Positions 42,986 to 43,784 of a DNA stretch of 43,784 nucleotides are shown here, piece by piece (position 1 is the first letter of the stretch; every line of letters begins with the position of its first letter). The position numbers and the translations under genes are program-made. Below the pieces are notes generated by a model. That model worked only from the letters and a program-made list of their open reading frames with translations, did not search any database and was not told the DNA's origin. The stretch is from a virus (lineage: Duplodnaviria > Caudoviricetes). The stretch lies in the IMG/VR virus record IMGVR_UViG_3300048998_000064, positions 1 to 43,784 of that record; one strand, given 5' to 3'.

Positions 42986-43784
42986 ATGGCGGACGTTGAC
43001 GCCCTCAAGACGGCGTTTCGACCCTACAAGGTCGATGGCGTTCCCGCGTCTGGCGAGAACGAACCGGACAAGCCGGAGATTCGTGCTGGCCTCGATGTCC
43101 TCCAAGCCGGGCTCGATGGGTTGGTCGGCGCGATCACCGACGCCGGCATGGTCATCCCCTTCGCGACGCAGGCGAACCGCGATGCTGACCTGAACCACGC
43201 TGCGGGTACCTGGGCGATCGTGTTCGCCGACAGCACCTCTGCGAACAACGGCTACAGCCAGAAGGTCGGGGCAAGCGGCACAGGCTCGTGGTCCTTCAAG
43301 GGCCCGGCGCCCGGCAAGGCCTACTCCGACGCCGCGGCGGCCAGCGCTTCGGCGGCAGCAGCCTCCGCCACAGCCGCGGCCACCTCAGCGTCGGGCATCG
43401 GCGCCGTCCTGCCGACGCTCTCCACCTTCACCACGCAGACCACCACGCTCGACAGCGGCCATTACATCAACGGCGCTGGCGCGGCGGTCGCGAACGCCTC
43501 CTACGCCAACCGCGGCATGGTGCTGACCGGCGCCGAAGGGACGATCGAGGTTACCGCCTTCACGGTCCTCACCGGGAACAACCTGGCGGTCTTCTACTCT
43601 GACAGCGGGGGCACGACTTTCCTCAGCGGATCCACGCAAAAGGGCAGTGTCAGCGGCACGCAGTACACCGACGAGCCCGTCACAGTGCCGCCGTCGGCCC
43701 GATACGTGCGGATCAACACGACGGCCACCGCAGCCAGCGCGAGCGGGATCAAGACCAACATCGTCGCCCCGAACATCGCCACAC
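42986..43784 (+). CDS. N-terminal part of tail fibre/SGNH protein (continues at 1-1251)
   Basis: GGAG + ATG at 42986; open to the end of the window; in frame with the 28..1251 ORF; absent from the ORF track. Confidence 0.85.
   Translation, partial: MADVDALKTAFRPYKVDGVPASGENEPDKPEIRAGLDVLQAGLDGLVGAITDAGMVIPFATQANRDADLNHAAGTWAIVFADSTSANNGYSQKVGASGTGSWSFKGPAPGKAYSDAAAASASAAAASATAAATSASGIGAVLPTLSTFTTQTTTLDSGHYINGAGAAVANASYANRGMVLTGAEGTIEVTAFTVLTGNNLAVFYSDSGGTTFLSGSTQKGSVSGTQYTDEPVTVPPSARYVRINTTATAASASGIKTNIVAPNIAT

Noticed and set aside
43658-43784. 127-bp terminal direct repeat as a biological DTR
   Set aside because: It falls mid-gene and its length equals a common assembler k-mer; HNH plus P27 TerS suggests cos ends near 25430-25595 instead

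Overview
The window is an apparently complete, circular, GC-rich temperate siphovirus genome of about 43,657 bp. Bases 1-127 are identical to 43658-43784, and one tail-fibre gene reads across that junction. The host is probably an alphaproteobacterium, likely Caulobacterales, inferred from a GcrA homologue, GTTC-N7-GTTC LexA boxes and GTA-like tail genes. The layout is lambdoid. It runs: lysis cassette (1.3-3.7 kb); accessory region; attP (tRNA 3' end) with tyrosine integrase and Xis-like gene; a long leftward early operon (TGT/DpdA-like, QueD-like, Cdc123-like ATP-grasp, XF1762/Mom-like, methyltransferases, RNA ligase, NinB, RecT-like); a CI/Cro switch with CTTAC-N5-GTAAG operators; replication genes (GcrA, DnaB, initiator); a NusG paralogue; HNH and terminase; HK97-type head; and a long non-contractile tail. 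The most striking unannotated element is an 86-nt non-coding segment (4233-4318) that folds as a circularly permuted tRNA. Its T arm, acceptor stem (sealed by a UCCG tetraloop) and D arm keep the canonical tertiary nucleotides, but it has no anticodon loop. This resembles a YrlA Y RNA module, yet I see no Ro60/Rsr gene. It lies about 0.9 kb from an Acb2/Tad1-like sponge gene inserted in the lysis cassette. All protein calls come from motif recognition only; no searches were run.
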